A stretch of DNA of 56,785 nucleotides from a virus, in the IMG/VR virus record IMGVR_UViG_3300045988_148145. One strand, written 5' to 3'. The notes beneath the pieces were generated by a model that was not told the origin of the DNA, ran no database searches, and saw nothing but the letters and a program-made list of their open reading frames with translations. Made by a program: the position numbers and the translations under genes. Every line of letters begins with the position of its first letter. Positions within the stretch are counted from its first letter, which is position 1. This document shows, in pieces, positions 17,801 to 26,077 of this stretch.

Positions 17801-20800
17801 GGATATAGCGGTGTGGGGACAGGATTCTGATGGGATATACTTGGCGATAAATCAAGGACTCCTTTACACGAATGTTAGTGGTGGAACATCGAGACTAGAT
17901 TGTTTTCTCGGGGAAGGTAAATACAAAGCTAACACGCAATATGTTTTTTCAGTAGAATGGAAATTAGCAGGAGCGCAAACTAGTAATGGCGTATCTTTTT
18001 GGGCAACCTACACGGATGGAACAAATGATGGAATACGACTGGATGGAGCGAAAACCTCTTTAATTAGAGAAAGTTTTATCACGGCAAAGGGGAAAACAGT
18101 AACAAAGATATATGCTTCAGTTGGAGCCAATACTTACCGTTCCCTTATCTACTCCCTCGCCCTCTACGAGGGTAACAAGGTCTTGGCCGAACCTCCTGTT
18201 GCGACTGAAGACCTAACCGGGCAGAGTAACGTGAACCTCGTGGACGGGGGGAAAGAAGTGACGGTAGCAAGTGACTATTATAGCACGCTTAAAGTACCCG
18301 TGCTAAAGCCTAACACCGTGTACACGGTTCGGTTTACCAACGTGGAGGTAATATCTGGAGATACCCCTTCCGGGTACGAGTTCAGGTTATACGACACGGG
18401 GTTATCCGCCAATTACAGCACGGTAAAAATAAAAGCTGGAGATAATCACGGGATATTAATTACCTCTAATAACTTTACCGTTCCAATAGAGGGAAGATTA
18501 CTCTTTTATCCCGGTATACACTCCGAAGGGATAGCACGGAGTGTTAAATACACTGAAATCATGCTCGTCGAGGGCTTCACCCCTCCTTCTTCTTACTCTC
18601 CATCACCGGGGGACGTGCAAAAAGAGATTGATGACGTGAGCGATGCCGTTTCTAATCTGGACACCACGATTAACACCACGTTCAAGGACGGTATTATCAG
18701 CGAGGCAGAGGCGAAAGCGATAGCTTCAAACATAAACGTGTTAAACGCAGAGAAGGCGGATATTGACGCTTACTATACCAAGTTGTACGCTAACGCCTAT
18801 CTAACCGGTACGGCTAAAACGAACCTCGCAAGCGCCAAGACGGCATACAACACCGCTCACACGAACTTGATCAACTCGATCAACACGGCTATCGCAGACG
18901 GGAAGGCAACGGCAACGGAGAAAGCAGACGTGGACGCTAAATTCTCCGCTTACAATAACGCTTTATCCGCTTACCAAACGAGGGTCGGGGAAGCGGACAA
19001 GGCGATACAGGACACGATAAAGAAAGTTGCGGATGATGCTCAAACATCGGCCAATACTGCCCAATCAGCCGCCAATGCCGCTCAATCAACGGCGAATCAA
19101 GCGCAGGCTGACGCTAATGCAGCAAATTCAAAGCTAGCAACTTGGGCGAGCGATAACTACATCTCCCCGCAGGAGAAAACTGGACTGAAACAACAGAAGA
19201 GCGATATACAAGCGGAGTGCAACGATATTGTAGCGAACGCTAACAGGTACAATATTTCATCAACGTCCTACTCGACGGCGTATAATTCTGCCATATCCGC
19301 TTTAAACAAGTACACCGCAACGTCACCGGAGAACATAGCGGTGAGTTCTGATTACAATAACATAGCGGCCTACTACACCGCCCGTCAAACCATCCTTAAC
19401 TCGATAGCGGCAGCGGCGAAAGCGCAAGCCGACAAGGCAACCGGGGCGATCGGCATGGACGGGGGGAAGATGCTGTACGCTGACCCAGAGTTCAAGAAGG
19501 GATTAAACAATGTGTACAAGTATACCAATTCAAGTAACGTGGATCCTGACTATATAGCGTCTAAACTAACGGTAGAGAGAGTTACCAAGCCATCGGATGC
19601 CCCGACACAATCCGGGTACTGCCTGAAAGTCACGTGTAAAGCAGCTCAAGCACCCGGGTATGGCGGGGTGCACCAGTCTATAACTTCCCGGGCGAATGCC
19701 GTGTTTGTGCAAAAAATTATCGCCAAAATACCTGTTGGTTATAAAATAAATACAGCTTCCAATAGCATGGGAACAGGTTACACTGACACGTGGCTAACTC
19801 CCACGGAGGGTACAGGGAAATACACGACGTACCTTCGTAAGGTTGTCTGCGGGACAACCGGAAATTTTAGCTCAGGCGGACACGTGTATATAACCGGTAG
19901 CCCCGCTCCCACCGAATCCGCCCCGTTAGAATGGTATATCGCTTACATGACGGCGTTCGACCTGACCGCCGACGGGTACGGGGACATCGTGGAGATAGCC
20001 AAGACCGAGACCGTCGCGGGGATAAACAACAACCCGGACTCCGTGACCGTTTACGCCAAGAAGACCGATTTTAACTCGTTAAATCAAGTTGTCAACCAGC
20101 AAGGTTCTCAATTACAAGTCAACACGAACAGCATTGATGCTATCGTCACGAAGAACGGAAGCGGGACGATTGTTTCTATTAAACCGGAGATGGTTGAGAT
20201 CACGGGGGCCACGGTGATAAAAGACGGTAACGGGAACAAGGTTAATATATTCGGTATAGGAGACAAGGTTATATCGGTGAACGGCGGGGTGTTCTCCGTT
20301 GACAAAGCTGGTAAGGTTATCATGCAAAATGCAGAGATTGCCGGGAAGATTACAGCTAAAACCGGACAAATAGGTGATTTCACGATAGATGGGATATGGT
20401 TAAAAGGAAGTCAATTAAGAATATCCGGGAGTCAAATAACATTTGAAAACGGTAACAATCAAGTTTACTTAAATAGCCACCCGGACATGACAACTGGCGG
20501 TGCAGTGAAGCTTGGGACATTCGTTTTGACGGGAGGTAGTTATAACGGACTGGAAAGTGCACGAGCTGTCGCCTTGATAGCTGCTGCCCCTAGCGATAAT
20601 TATTCTTGCGCAATAGCAGTCACGAGCGGTAGGGTTCTCATGAAAGGCCAAATCCACTTTGACAACGTGGTTACTTATACTGGAAGCGGTGCGGTTACCA
20701 TAACTGCTGACTCTGGACATTTCATTTATTTAACTCCCATAACTGGTAATCCAGTGGTTAGCGTGTCTTCCGGTTTGCCTATCGGGAGCTGGTTTATTAT

Positions 20801-20987
20801 AGCACATGCAACAACTGCGGGAGGCTTTTATTACATCAAGCTGAGTGGATCGGATCGTTTTAGACGGAGAGGTAACGCATATCAACAGGTAAACTCGAAT
20901 AACCAAGATCCATCTTTGATATTTAAAGTCAATAATACCACGTGGGTCATTGGGAATTTACCCGTGAACTGGATAGATTGGAATTAA
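14850..20987 (+). CDS. tail-associated / host-specificity protein (Tal-like N terminus, multi-domain fibre)
   Basis: 2045 aa. It has a prophage-tail-like N terminus, Q-rich heptads (LQGQLTNQQGQLNTQQGQITNIQ), three segments each ending in EGNK/VEGF, and long Ala-rich coiled coils. Confidence 0.7.
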   Translation: MQMKTYSIYRLGVKKHDFVIEDDDIRRSMSHDNNVSFNVESKDSLDIKIGDYIIEDGSHYTIYDPIDVEESNGVFSYPLVFRSPDYKLKFSIVKDEGATTFPYHGGIKEFVDLVILSLNEDQQEYTAGDIDEGNIIDLEFDNSSCFQALDDICEAANMEWNLIGTSINVKYRIGKDVDVVFEYGKEKGGYSVRLDKVQNTSIVTRLIGKGGTINLPKDYVSPDTPKRLNLGNEILEKNIDKYGKITGVYTNDNIYPRLINKTVLEVTIPEDIEKATSWKLKLDLPFDLSQQYADDKTPLIKFQTGDLTGSEFEIVDNSWNNTDKTLQIIVQEEEDGYRLPNTSRQPRIGDVFVLLNINMPQSYIDEAEEELRKATQEELNKRSEPQYAPSVKVSKRFLRKKGYSLEIGDSITVKVGDHSINTRILAINQSSSSDEINYELGDEILYSYEDNVNNQIEQIQVTLKQLISLEDVRRLFNILINQWRPLWFDQKLHTYDPVEFNSVTSPLFIFNELTTPEFVSGLLGAGTRLKDNHLELDEITVRKRMNVFELLIQRVRAVGGQLLLSPASIKISTVEELENGYKCSFNTDDQTIPEPFVLNDQAFHQTFTGKGINRYWRLTTEAGDDYFVLSKTDCEPGSGIPQPGDEVILLGNRTDKARQSAMMLSAYGNDAPYLDTYDGINDYNLSGKLLTREGNLTGIVDEVFGQLSGSGFYGKNVYLRGKFALSSGVSVEDKFGQTDSQMNNLQGQLTNQQGQLNTQQGQITNIQTDILAIPGQIKQEVSQTVTYEVGNLQIGMVNLLKGSNVELGAQAYNMGRYYYDKKPEVGKTYTLVTCYTLGEDNTSIGAYQDGGSYFISSFTTKGDRVVESKTFKYSTPSSPTMMTFYQFPNGTYGSKVHWAVLVEGNKGPNSWIPSQADNDAKAQAIAKAEAELAETKANAYADGIVTEAEQNAINEAQARLDALKIGSVNLVSRKMMLAWNEKNKDIAVWGQDSDGIYLAINQGLLYTNVSGGTSRLDCFLGEGKYKANTQYVFSVEWKLAGAQTSNGVSFWATYTDGTNDGIRLDGAKTSLIRESFITAKGKTVTKIYASVGANTYRSLIYSLALYEGNKVLAEPPVATEDLTGQSNVNLVDGGKEVTVASDYYSTLKVPVLKPNTVYTVRFTNVEVISGDTPSGYEFRLYDTGLSANYSTVKIKAGDNHGILITSNNFTVPIEGRLLFYPGIHSEGIARSVKYTEIMLVEGFTPPSSYSPSPGDVQKEIDDVSDAVSNLDTTINTTFKDGIISEAEAKAIASNINVLNAEKADIDAYYTKLYANAYLTGTAKTNLASAKTAYNTAHTNLINSINTAIADGKATATEKADVDAKFSAYNNALSAYQTRVGEADKAIQDTIKKVADDAQTSANTAQSAANAAQSTANQAQADANAANSKLATWASDNYISPQEKTGLKQQKSDIQAECNDIVANANRYNISSTSYSTAYNSAISALNKYTATSPENIAVSSDYNNIAAYYTARQTILNSIAAAAKAQADKATGAIGMDGGKMLYADPEFKKGLNNVYKYTNSSNVDPDYIASKLTVERVTKPSDAPTQSGYCLKVTCKAAQAPGYGGVHQSITSRANAVFVQKIIAKIPVGYKINTASNSMGTGYTDTWLTPTEGTGKYTTYLRKVVCGTTGNFSSGGHVYITGSPAPTESAPLEWYIAYMTAFDLTADGYGDIVEIAKTETVAGINNNPDSVTVYAKKTDFNSLNQVVNQQGSQLQVNTNSIDAIVTKNGSGTIVSIKPEMVEITGATVIKDGNGNKVNIFGIGDKVISVNGGVFSVDKAGKVIMQNAEIAGKITAKTGQIGDFTIDGIWLKGSQLRISGSQITFENGNNQVYLNSHPDMTTGGAVKLGTFVLTGGSYNGLESARAVALIAAAPSDNYSCAIAVTSGRVLMKGQIHFDNVVTYTGSGAVTITADSGHFIYLTPITGNPVVSVSSGLPIGSWFIIAHATTAGGFYYIKLSGSDRFRRRGNAYQQVNSNNQDPSLIFKVNNTTWVIGNLPVNWIDWN

Positions 20988-21018
20988 TTATAAATTCAAT
21001 AATTTTTAAATAAATATC

Positions 21019-21315
21019 ATGGAAATAAATTATTACATTTCAGCAAGAGGAGAGGCACTGGTACAAGGTATCAACGTGTCTTTATCCGCCGAGTTTCAAA
21101 AAAACAACATCCCCGCTACTGTATCTTTCAGCTCTAGCGGTAATTTCGACGTGAACGGGGAACCAGTTTTCATGAACATCAATGGCGGCTATAACGTCGA
21201 GAAGAGAATATTCAATAACTTGAACAGTTCTTTCCTACCTTCCGGTTTTGTTGCGGAACTTGAAACCAAGGTTATAGAATTCTTTAACCAAATTAAAATC
21301 GATCAAGCGTTATGA
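21019..21315 (+). CDS. hypothetical protein
   Basis: 98-aa ORF after the giant tail gene. Confidence 0.55.
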   Translation: MEINYYISARGEALVQGINVSLSAEFQKNNIPATVSFSSSGNFDVNGEPVFMNINGGYNVEKRIFNNLNSSFLPSGFVAELETKVIEFFNQIKIDQAL

Positions 21316-21605
21316 GGTACGAATTTGACGTGAACAAGGTAGACCTAGTTGATCTTGACGGTCACGACTGGAGAAACGGTTTCCCGGATGACAAGCCTTT
21401 GAACAAACACATCGGCAGTAGCGTGTATAATCAAGTGAGAGACGTTGGACTTGATGACAAGTGCAAGGCTATTTACAATGGAGAAAAGGTCGAGTTTGAT
21501 GACAGGGAGAAAGAATTATTCGAGAAAACAATCAAGGAACTAGGGATAAGTCCCGGCTTGGTCGAGCGCAGGATATTGCAGCAAATCGTGAAGATCGGGG
21601 AATAA
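21312..21605 (+). CDS. hypothetical protein
   Basis: 97-aa ORF with an overlapping start, followed by a hairpin. Confidence 0.55.
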   Translation: MRYEFDVNKVDLVDLDGHDWRNGFPDDKPLNKHIGSSVYNQVRDVGLDDKCKAIYNGEKVEFDDREKELFEKTIKELGISPGLVERRILQQIVKIGE

Positions 21606-21609
21606 AAAA

Positions 21610-21636
21610 GGGGCGTTCCGTCTCGGAACAGACCCC
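21610..21636 (+). terminator. Hairpin after 21312..21605 (GGGGCGTTCCG-TCT-CGGAACAGACCCC)
   Basis: Inner perfect stem GTTCCG/CGGAAC, with outer GGGG/CCCC pairing. Confidence 0.45.
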
Positions 21637-21696
21637 GCTTATGCAAGAGGCTACCTTGTAACCCCGAGACAAAGGTATAACTTAAATTTAAATATC

Positions 21697-21867
21697 ATGA
21701 AGAAGAAGCAAATTTTTTGGTTGATCGTTGCCCTAGCGGCGGTGGCGTTGATCGTTCTCGTGAAGGTGGTCCCGGCTTGGGCGTCGTTGACTAGTGTTAT
21801 CTCTTTCGGTTGCGGCGTGGTGCTGGGATTCTGGGGCAAGATGTTTCGTGATAAGTATATCAAGTGA
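21697..21867 (+). CDS. putative holin (56 aa, two hydrophobic helices); missing from the ORF track because it is under 60 aa
   Basis: Hand translation: MKKKQIFWLIVALAAVALIVLVKVVPAWASLTSVISFGCGVVLGFWGKMFRDKYIK. It lies just upstream of the endolysin cassette. Confidence 0.55.
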   Translation: MKKKQIFWLIVALAAVALIVLVKVVPAWASLTSVISFGCGVVLGFWGKMFRDKYIK

Positions 21868-21872
21868 TAGCG

Positions 21873-22271
21873 ATGGAAGAATTAAAAGAGATAGTGGACC
21901 TGATCAGCAAGATCGTTACGATAATAATCGTGCCGTTGCTCGGGATATTCTTGTTCTACAGTTCCAAGAAACGAAAAGAGACGGCGGCGGCGGTCAAGGC
22001 AGAGGCGGACAATACAAGTCAATACGCCGCGGAATGGAAGGAGTTGTACGATAAGAAGGAAGCGAAGGTGATAGAGCTAGAGGGGACGGTAAGCCGGCTT
22101 TACTCGGAGAAGAACGAGGATCGTTTAAGGATACGGGAAAGCATGGAAGAGATAACACGTTTAAAGATGGAAAACCAGAGATTAGATTTCTTGAAATGTA
22201 ACATAGCGTTGAAGTGTTTTAAAAGGGTTCCACCTAACGAATTTATAGAGAAGGAGGATAATGATGAATAA
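21873..22271 (+). CDS. membrane-anchored coiled-coil protein (i-spanin-like or lysis regulator)
   Basis: From ATG 21873: an N-terminal TM segment (IVTIIIVPLLGIFLFY) followed by a charged coiled coil. It overlaps the endolysin start. Confidence 0.45.
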   Translation: MEELKEIVDLISKIVTIIIVPLLGIFLFYSSKKRKETAAAVKAEADNTSQYAAEWKELYDKKEAKVIELEGTVSRLYSEKNEDRLRIRESMEEITRLKMENQRLDFLKCNIALKCFKRVPPNEFIEKEDNDE

Positions 22272-22680
22272 CGAGCGATTGAGCAATAATTTCACGCTAG
22301 ACGAGTTCACCAGAAGTGATACCGCTAGCAGGCTGGGAATAATTAACGAGCCGGGAGAGAAAGAACTGGCGGCGTTACGTGTACTGGTTAGCCGGACGAT
22401 ACAGCCCTTACGGGACGCTCTTGGCGTGGCTATTCACGTCAATTCCGGTTACAGGTGTCCGGAGTTAAACAAGGCGGTGGGCGGTGTACCCACATCACAA
22501 CACCAGAAAGGCGAGGCGGCAGATTTGAGTATTGACGGGAAGGCGAATGACATTCTAGAGGCGTTAGAGAATAACAATATCCCCTTCGACCAAGCAATAC
22601 TTTACCGGAGGCAGAATTTCCTTCACGTGTCGTTAAAGCTTGACGGGGTGCAAAGAAGTAACGTTATAATAAAGATGTGA
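22261..22680 (+). CDS. endolysin, peptidase M15 (L-alanyl-D-glutamate / D-Ala-D-Ala peptidase type)
   Basis: Contains SGYRCPELNKAVGGVPTSQHQKGEAADL...FLHVS, a pattern consistent with H/D/H zinc ligands. Confidence 0.85.
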   Translation: MMNNERLSNNFTLDEFTRSDTASRLGIINEPGEKELAALRVLVSRTIQPLRDALGVAIHVNSGYRCPELNKAVGGVPTSQHQKGEAADLSIDGKANDILEALENNNIPFDQAILYRRQNFLHVSLKLDGVQRSNVIIKM

Positions 22681-22681
22681 C

Positions 22682-24880
22682 ATGAGAATAAGGGTAGGCA
22701 AAAATATATTTTTCAAGATAACGGTGAACCGGCTGAACGACGAGCCGGAAGATTTCACGGACGCTAGAAACGTGAAATTGACGATAAACCGGAAGTACAG
22801 CAGTTATCAAGTATCTCCCCCTCTAACGATACACGACAACATTATTGAATTCGAGTTCGTTGGCGGCGGTAACGCTACCTCGGGGCAGTACGAGGTTCAC
22901 CTGTATTACGAGAAGCTGAACGAGGCTAGCGTGACCGGCGTTGACAAGTTCTACCTTGACTTCTGCAACGCTTTCATTCTAGTTGACTTGACTTGCAAGG
23001 AAGACGCCGGTTTCGAGAGTGAATCACCGTCCATCAACTTGAAAGGGATTATCGAGCGTAACAGGGACGGGAAAGACGGGGTGACACCGAGGATAGACCC
23101 GGAAACGAAGCACTGGATGATCGGCATAGAGGATACCGGGATCATGGCAGAGGGGAAAGACGGCTTAACCCCGTCTATCGGCGAGAACGGCAACTGGTGG
23201 ATCGGTGACGTTGACACGGGCAAACCTTCCCGTGGTAAGGCTTTCGAGTATTCCGATTTCACGGAAGAGCAAATCAAGGAGTTACAGGAGCCGGCTAGAG
23301 CCATGATCGATGCCTTGGATACCCTTGATAAAGCGGTGACTGCAAACGAGCAACAGCGAATCAATAACGAGAATACACGTGTTTCCAGCGAGAATGCCCG
23401 AAAAGAATCCGAGAGCCTGAGAAAAAGTGCAGAGGATACCCGTGCCAGCAACGAGGAAGCTAGAAAAAAGGCAGAGACTGGCAGGGCGAGTGCCGAGGAT
23501 AACAGGGTAAAAGCCGAGCAATCGAGGGTTGAATCGGAAAGCAACAGGGTGAAAGCGGAAAACACCCGTGTCGAGAAAGAGAACGAGCGTCAAACGGCGG
23601 AGAACACCCGTGACACGAACGAGCAATCACGAAAAGAAGCCGAAACGAACCGGGTAACGGCAGAAGAAGGACGTGTTACCGAGTTCAACCGCTTGAAATC
23701 CGAATCGGAAACGGCAACTTCAAACGCCACGACACAAGCCGATTACGCCAAGCAACAAGGGGACAACGTTGCGGGGACGGTGAACGAGATAAAGACCGCT
23801 CACTCTTCCCTTCTAACGAGGGTGAACGATTACATGTACGACATGAGCGGGTTGCTGGGGAAACTGGCGGTAAGGGATGGAACTGGGACGGATGAGAAAA
23901 ATACTCAAGGTGATGGTTATTTTAATTCGAATGGAATTTTAGTACAAACATCTGGTGCTGGATTTATATATCAGAAATTAGAAATTGATTCGTCTAAAAT
24001 TTATCGTATTAGACAAATGGCCGGAAATTACCCAATCGTTTCTGCGCTAGTATTATTTGATGAACATGATGAAATAATTAGTATCGTACCTTACAACTAT
24101 CCATCGGCAAGTTCTGATAAATATCTCGTGTTTGCTGGGGTACATAGTATCGGTATTTCTTTTGTTGGAGTAGATAATAATTCCCGGTTAGAATCCTTCG
24201 ACATCCAAGACCTCACCACCGTTCTCAACACCCAGCAGGGAAACCGTGCCTTGTACGTTGCCGCCGGTGCTGTTTATAATCGAAATACAGGCTTCTACGA
24301 GCTAAACGGGCTAACGGATATAACGGAGGAGGAGATGAAGGTGATTTATGTTCAAACAAATCACATGGACTATATTGAAAATATGAACGATGTCTTTTCA
24401 AACCTTAATTTTAGAACAAATTTAGGGTTTAAACAAATAAGGAGAGCAAATAACCGGACTTTTAATTTAAAAAATGCTTTTAGGGAAAATGCAAATTTGG
24501 AAGTATTAAAATTGGGTGATAGTACCAATGATAATTGGGTGATGAAATGCTCGGATATGCAAGATTTTGTTGCTTATTGTAGTAACCTTAAAGAAATAAT
24601 AGGATATATAGAATGTCCTGTTGCTGTTAATTTTTTACATACTCCTTTATTAGAAGAAATAAGATTTAAAAATATAGTAAGAAATTTTGGTATCAAGGAT
24701 TCCCCTCTCATCAGCCTCGAATCATTGCAATACCTGATCACTAACGCCGCCAACACCTCCCCGATCACGGTTACAGTTCACGCTGACGTGTACGCAAAGA
24801 TTCAAGACGAGGGGCAGGTAGATTGGCACGCCTTGATCGAGACCGCAGCAGCTAAACAGATAACATTCGCAACCGCTTAA
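22682..24880 (+). CDS. second tail fibre / receptor-binding protein
   Basis: 732 aa. It contains GKDGVTP/GKDGLTP motifs, 15 consecutive heptads of the form [AS]ExxRxx (NENTRVS SENARKE ... AEEGRVT), and a C-terminal leucine-rich-repeat-like segment. Confidence 0.6.
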   Translation: MRIRVGKNIFFKITVNRLNDEPEDFTDARNVKLTINRKYSSYQVSPPLTIHDNIIEFEFVGGGNATSGQYEVHLYYEKLNEASVTGVDKFYLDFCNAFILVDLTCKEDAGFESESPSINLKGIIERNRDGKDGVTPRIDPETKHWMIGIEDTGIMAEGKDGLTPSIGENGNWWIGDVDTGKPSRGKAFEYSDFTEEQIKELQEPARAMIDALDTLDKAVTANEQQRINNENTRVSSENARKESESLRKSAEDTRASNEEARKKAETGRASAEDNRVKAEQSRVESESNRVKAENTRVEKENERQTAENTRDTNEQSRKEAETNRVTAEEGRVTEFNRLKSESETATSNATTQADYAKQQGDNVAGTVNEIKTAHSSLLTRVNDYMYDMSGLLGKLAVRDGTGTDEKNTQGDGYFNSNGILVQTSGAGFIYQKLEIDSSKIYRIRQMAGNYPIVSALVLFDEHDEIISIVPYNYPSASSDKYLVFAGVHSIGISFVGVDNNSRLESFDIQDLTTVLNTQQGNRALYVAAGAVYNRNTGFYELNGLTDITEEEMKVIYVQTNHMDYIENMNDVFSNLNFRTNLGFKQIRRANNRTFNLKNAFRENANLEVLKLGDSTNDNWVMKCSDMQDFVAYCSNLKEIIGYIECPVAVNFLHTPLLEEIRFKNIVRNFGIKDSPLISLESLQYLITNAANTSPITVTVHADVYAKIQDEGQVDWHALIETAAAKQITFATA

Positions 24881-24891
24881 AAATAGAAACC

Positions 24892-25248
24892 ATGATACAG
24901 ATCACGAGCAAAGAAGTGTACAGCGATTCCGGCAAGTTCGTTCATCGGCTTGGCACGGAATCTTATTTCAAACGATCTACCTTGTTACCGGGTGATACAG
25001 TAGATAAATTCGAGGAAGTTGATGAAATACCGGAAGAAACGGGAACTAGCTACAATGAAGAGGTGAATAGCATGATTCGACAGAGATACTCTCTTTCTGA
25101 AGAGTTAGCCATCCTCCGGCAAAGGGATTCAAAGCCGGACGAGTTCGAGGCTTACAACGAGTACGCCGAGTATTGTAAAGTGGAAGTAAAAAATAGAAAG
25201 CATGAAACCAACGATACTTTTAATGATCTTGTTGATGTCGGGTTGTAA
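24892..25248 (+). CDS. hypothetical acidic protein
   Basis: 118-aa ORF. Confidence 0.5.
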   Translation: MIQITSKEVYSDSGKFVHRLGTESYFKRSTLLPGDTVDKFEEVDEIPEETGTSYNEEVNSMIRQRYSLSEELAILRQRDSKPDEFEAYNEYAEYCKVEVKNRKHETNDTFNDLVDVGL

Positions 25249-25588
25249 GAGCGTGAAGTACATCCCCGTTAAAACGACGGAAACGAGGACTGAATACGTT
25301 GACCGTTTCAAGACGGATAGCGTTCACGTCCGGGATAGCGTGTTCGTGATGATGCAAGGTGACACGGTGTACAGGGACAGGTGGCATACCGAGTATAGGG
25401 AAGTGTACATTAGAGACACTATCCATGTCAGCGAGCAAGATACCATCCGGGAACCTTACCCTGTTGAGATAGTGAAAGAAAAATACAAGGTGCCTAAATC
25501 GTTATGGTGGCTCGTTATCCTGCTAGCCGGGTTAAGCGTCCCTTCCATCCTTAAAATACTACGTAAACTAAAGCTGATAAAAATATAA
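25202..25588 (+). CDS. candidate unimolecular spanin (N-terminal lipobox plus C-terminal TM)
   Basis: MKPTILLMILLMSGC gives a lipoprotein signal. The C-terminal LWWLVILLAGLSVPSILKIL is a TM helix. Length is 128 aa. Confidence 0.45.
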   Translation: MKPTILLMILLMSGCKSVKYIPVKTTETRTEYVDRFKTDSVHVRDSVFVMMQGDTVYRDRWHTEYREVYIRDTIHVSEQDTIREPYPVEIVKEKYKVPKSLWWLVILLAGLSVPSILKILRKLKLIKI

Positions 25589-25590
25589 AA

Positions 25591-25701
25591 GGGGAGAGAG
25601 AGTTTTTCTCCCAAAAGACCAGTACCACCCAATCCTGTTGTAAGATTTCCTCTCCCTCTCCCTCTCTCTCTTGGAAAATATTACGACAGGATTTTTATTT
25701 T
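25591..25701 (+). promoter_or_regulatory. Structured intergenic region with a purine tract, a 27-nt CT tract and a terminator-like hairpin
   Basis: The tracts are GGGGAGAGAGAG (25591-25602) and TTTCCTCTCCCTCTCCCTCTCTCTCTT (25646-25672). AATCCTGT (25631-25638) pairs with ACAGGATT (25686-25693), followed by TTTATTTT. Confidence 0.4.
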
Positions 25702-25722
25702 GTTTCAATAAAACGAGAAAAA

Positions 25723-26025
25723 ATGGAAAAAATTTTTCAAGAGGTGGTAAAAATAGTCTCCGAGGGAACCGGGATAAACGGTAACGATTTAATACATAGC
25801 AAGAAAGAGGAATGCGTTGACGCTCGCTCTATCTTGATAAATTTACTATCAGAACTCGGTTTTACCGATACTTTAATATCAAGGTACACTTGTTTAACCC
25901 GTCAAGGTGTCAACAAGCTCAAGAACACGTTTCACGACAGGAAGAGGAATTCTTTCATCTTGTCAACGAATTATCAACAAATAAGAAACGAACTAGCAAC
26001 CAATAATTTAATTAGCAACGTGTGA
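25723..26025 (+). CDS. small putative DNA-binding protein (DnaA C-terminal-like HTH)
   Basis: 100 aa. The segment ECVDARSILINLLSELGFTDTLISRYTCLTRQGV resembles the DnaA domain IV-like regulators common in Bacteroidota phages. Confidence 0.35.
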   Translation: MEKIFQEVVKIVSEGTGINGNDLIHSKKEECVDARSILINLLSELGFTDTLISRYTCLTRQGVNKLKNTFHDRKRNSFILSTNYQQIRNELATNNLISNV

Positions 26026-26077
26026 TTCCCGAAATTTGTTTCAATCCCGATAGTGGGAGAAATAAAAATAATATATC

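Noticed and set aside
21651-22054. 70-aa minus-strand ORF and 86-aa Gly/Arg-rich plus-strand ORF at the lysis cassette start
   Set aside because: They overlap the better-supported 56-aa holin-like ORF and the TM-coiled-coil gene, which fit the operon orientation and spacing.
22951-23626. 204-aa and 114-aa minus-strand ORFs inside the second fibre gene
   Set aside because: They are antisense shadows of the biased, heptad-repeat-rich region, with low-complexity S/L/A-rich translations. The plus-strand 732-aa ORF is continuous and has fibre-like features.
14850-24880. Diversity-generating retroelement acting on the fibre genes or on the 27-bp repeat gene
   Set aside because: No reverse-transcriptase-like ORF occurs anywhere in the window, and I could find no template/variable repeat pair. 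The variable sites in the 27-bp units are not restricted to adenine-templated positions.
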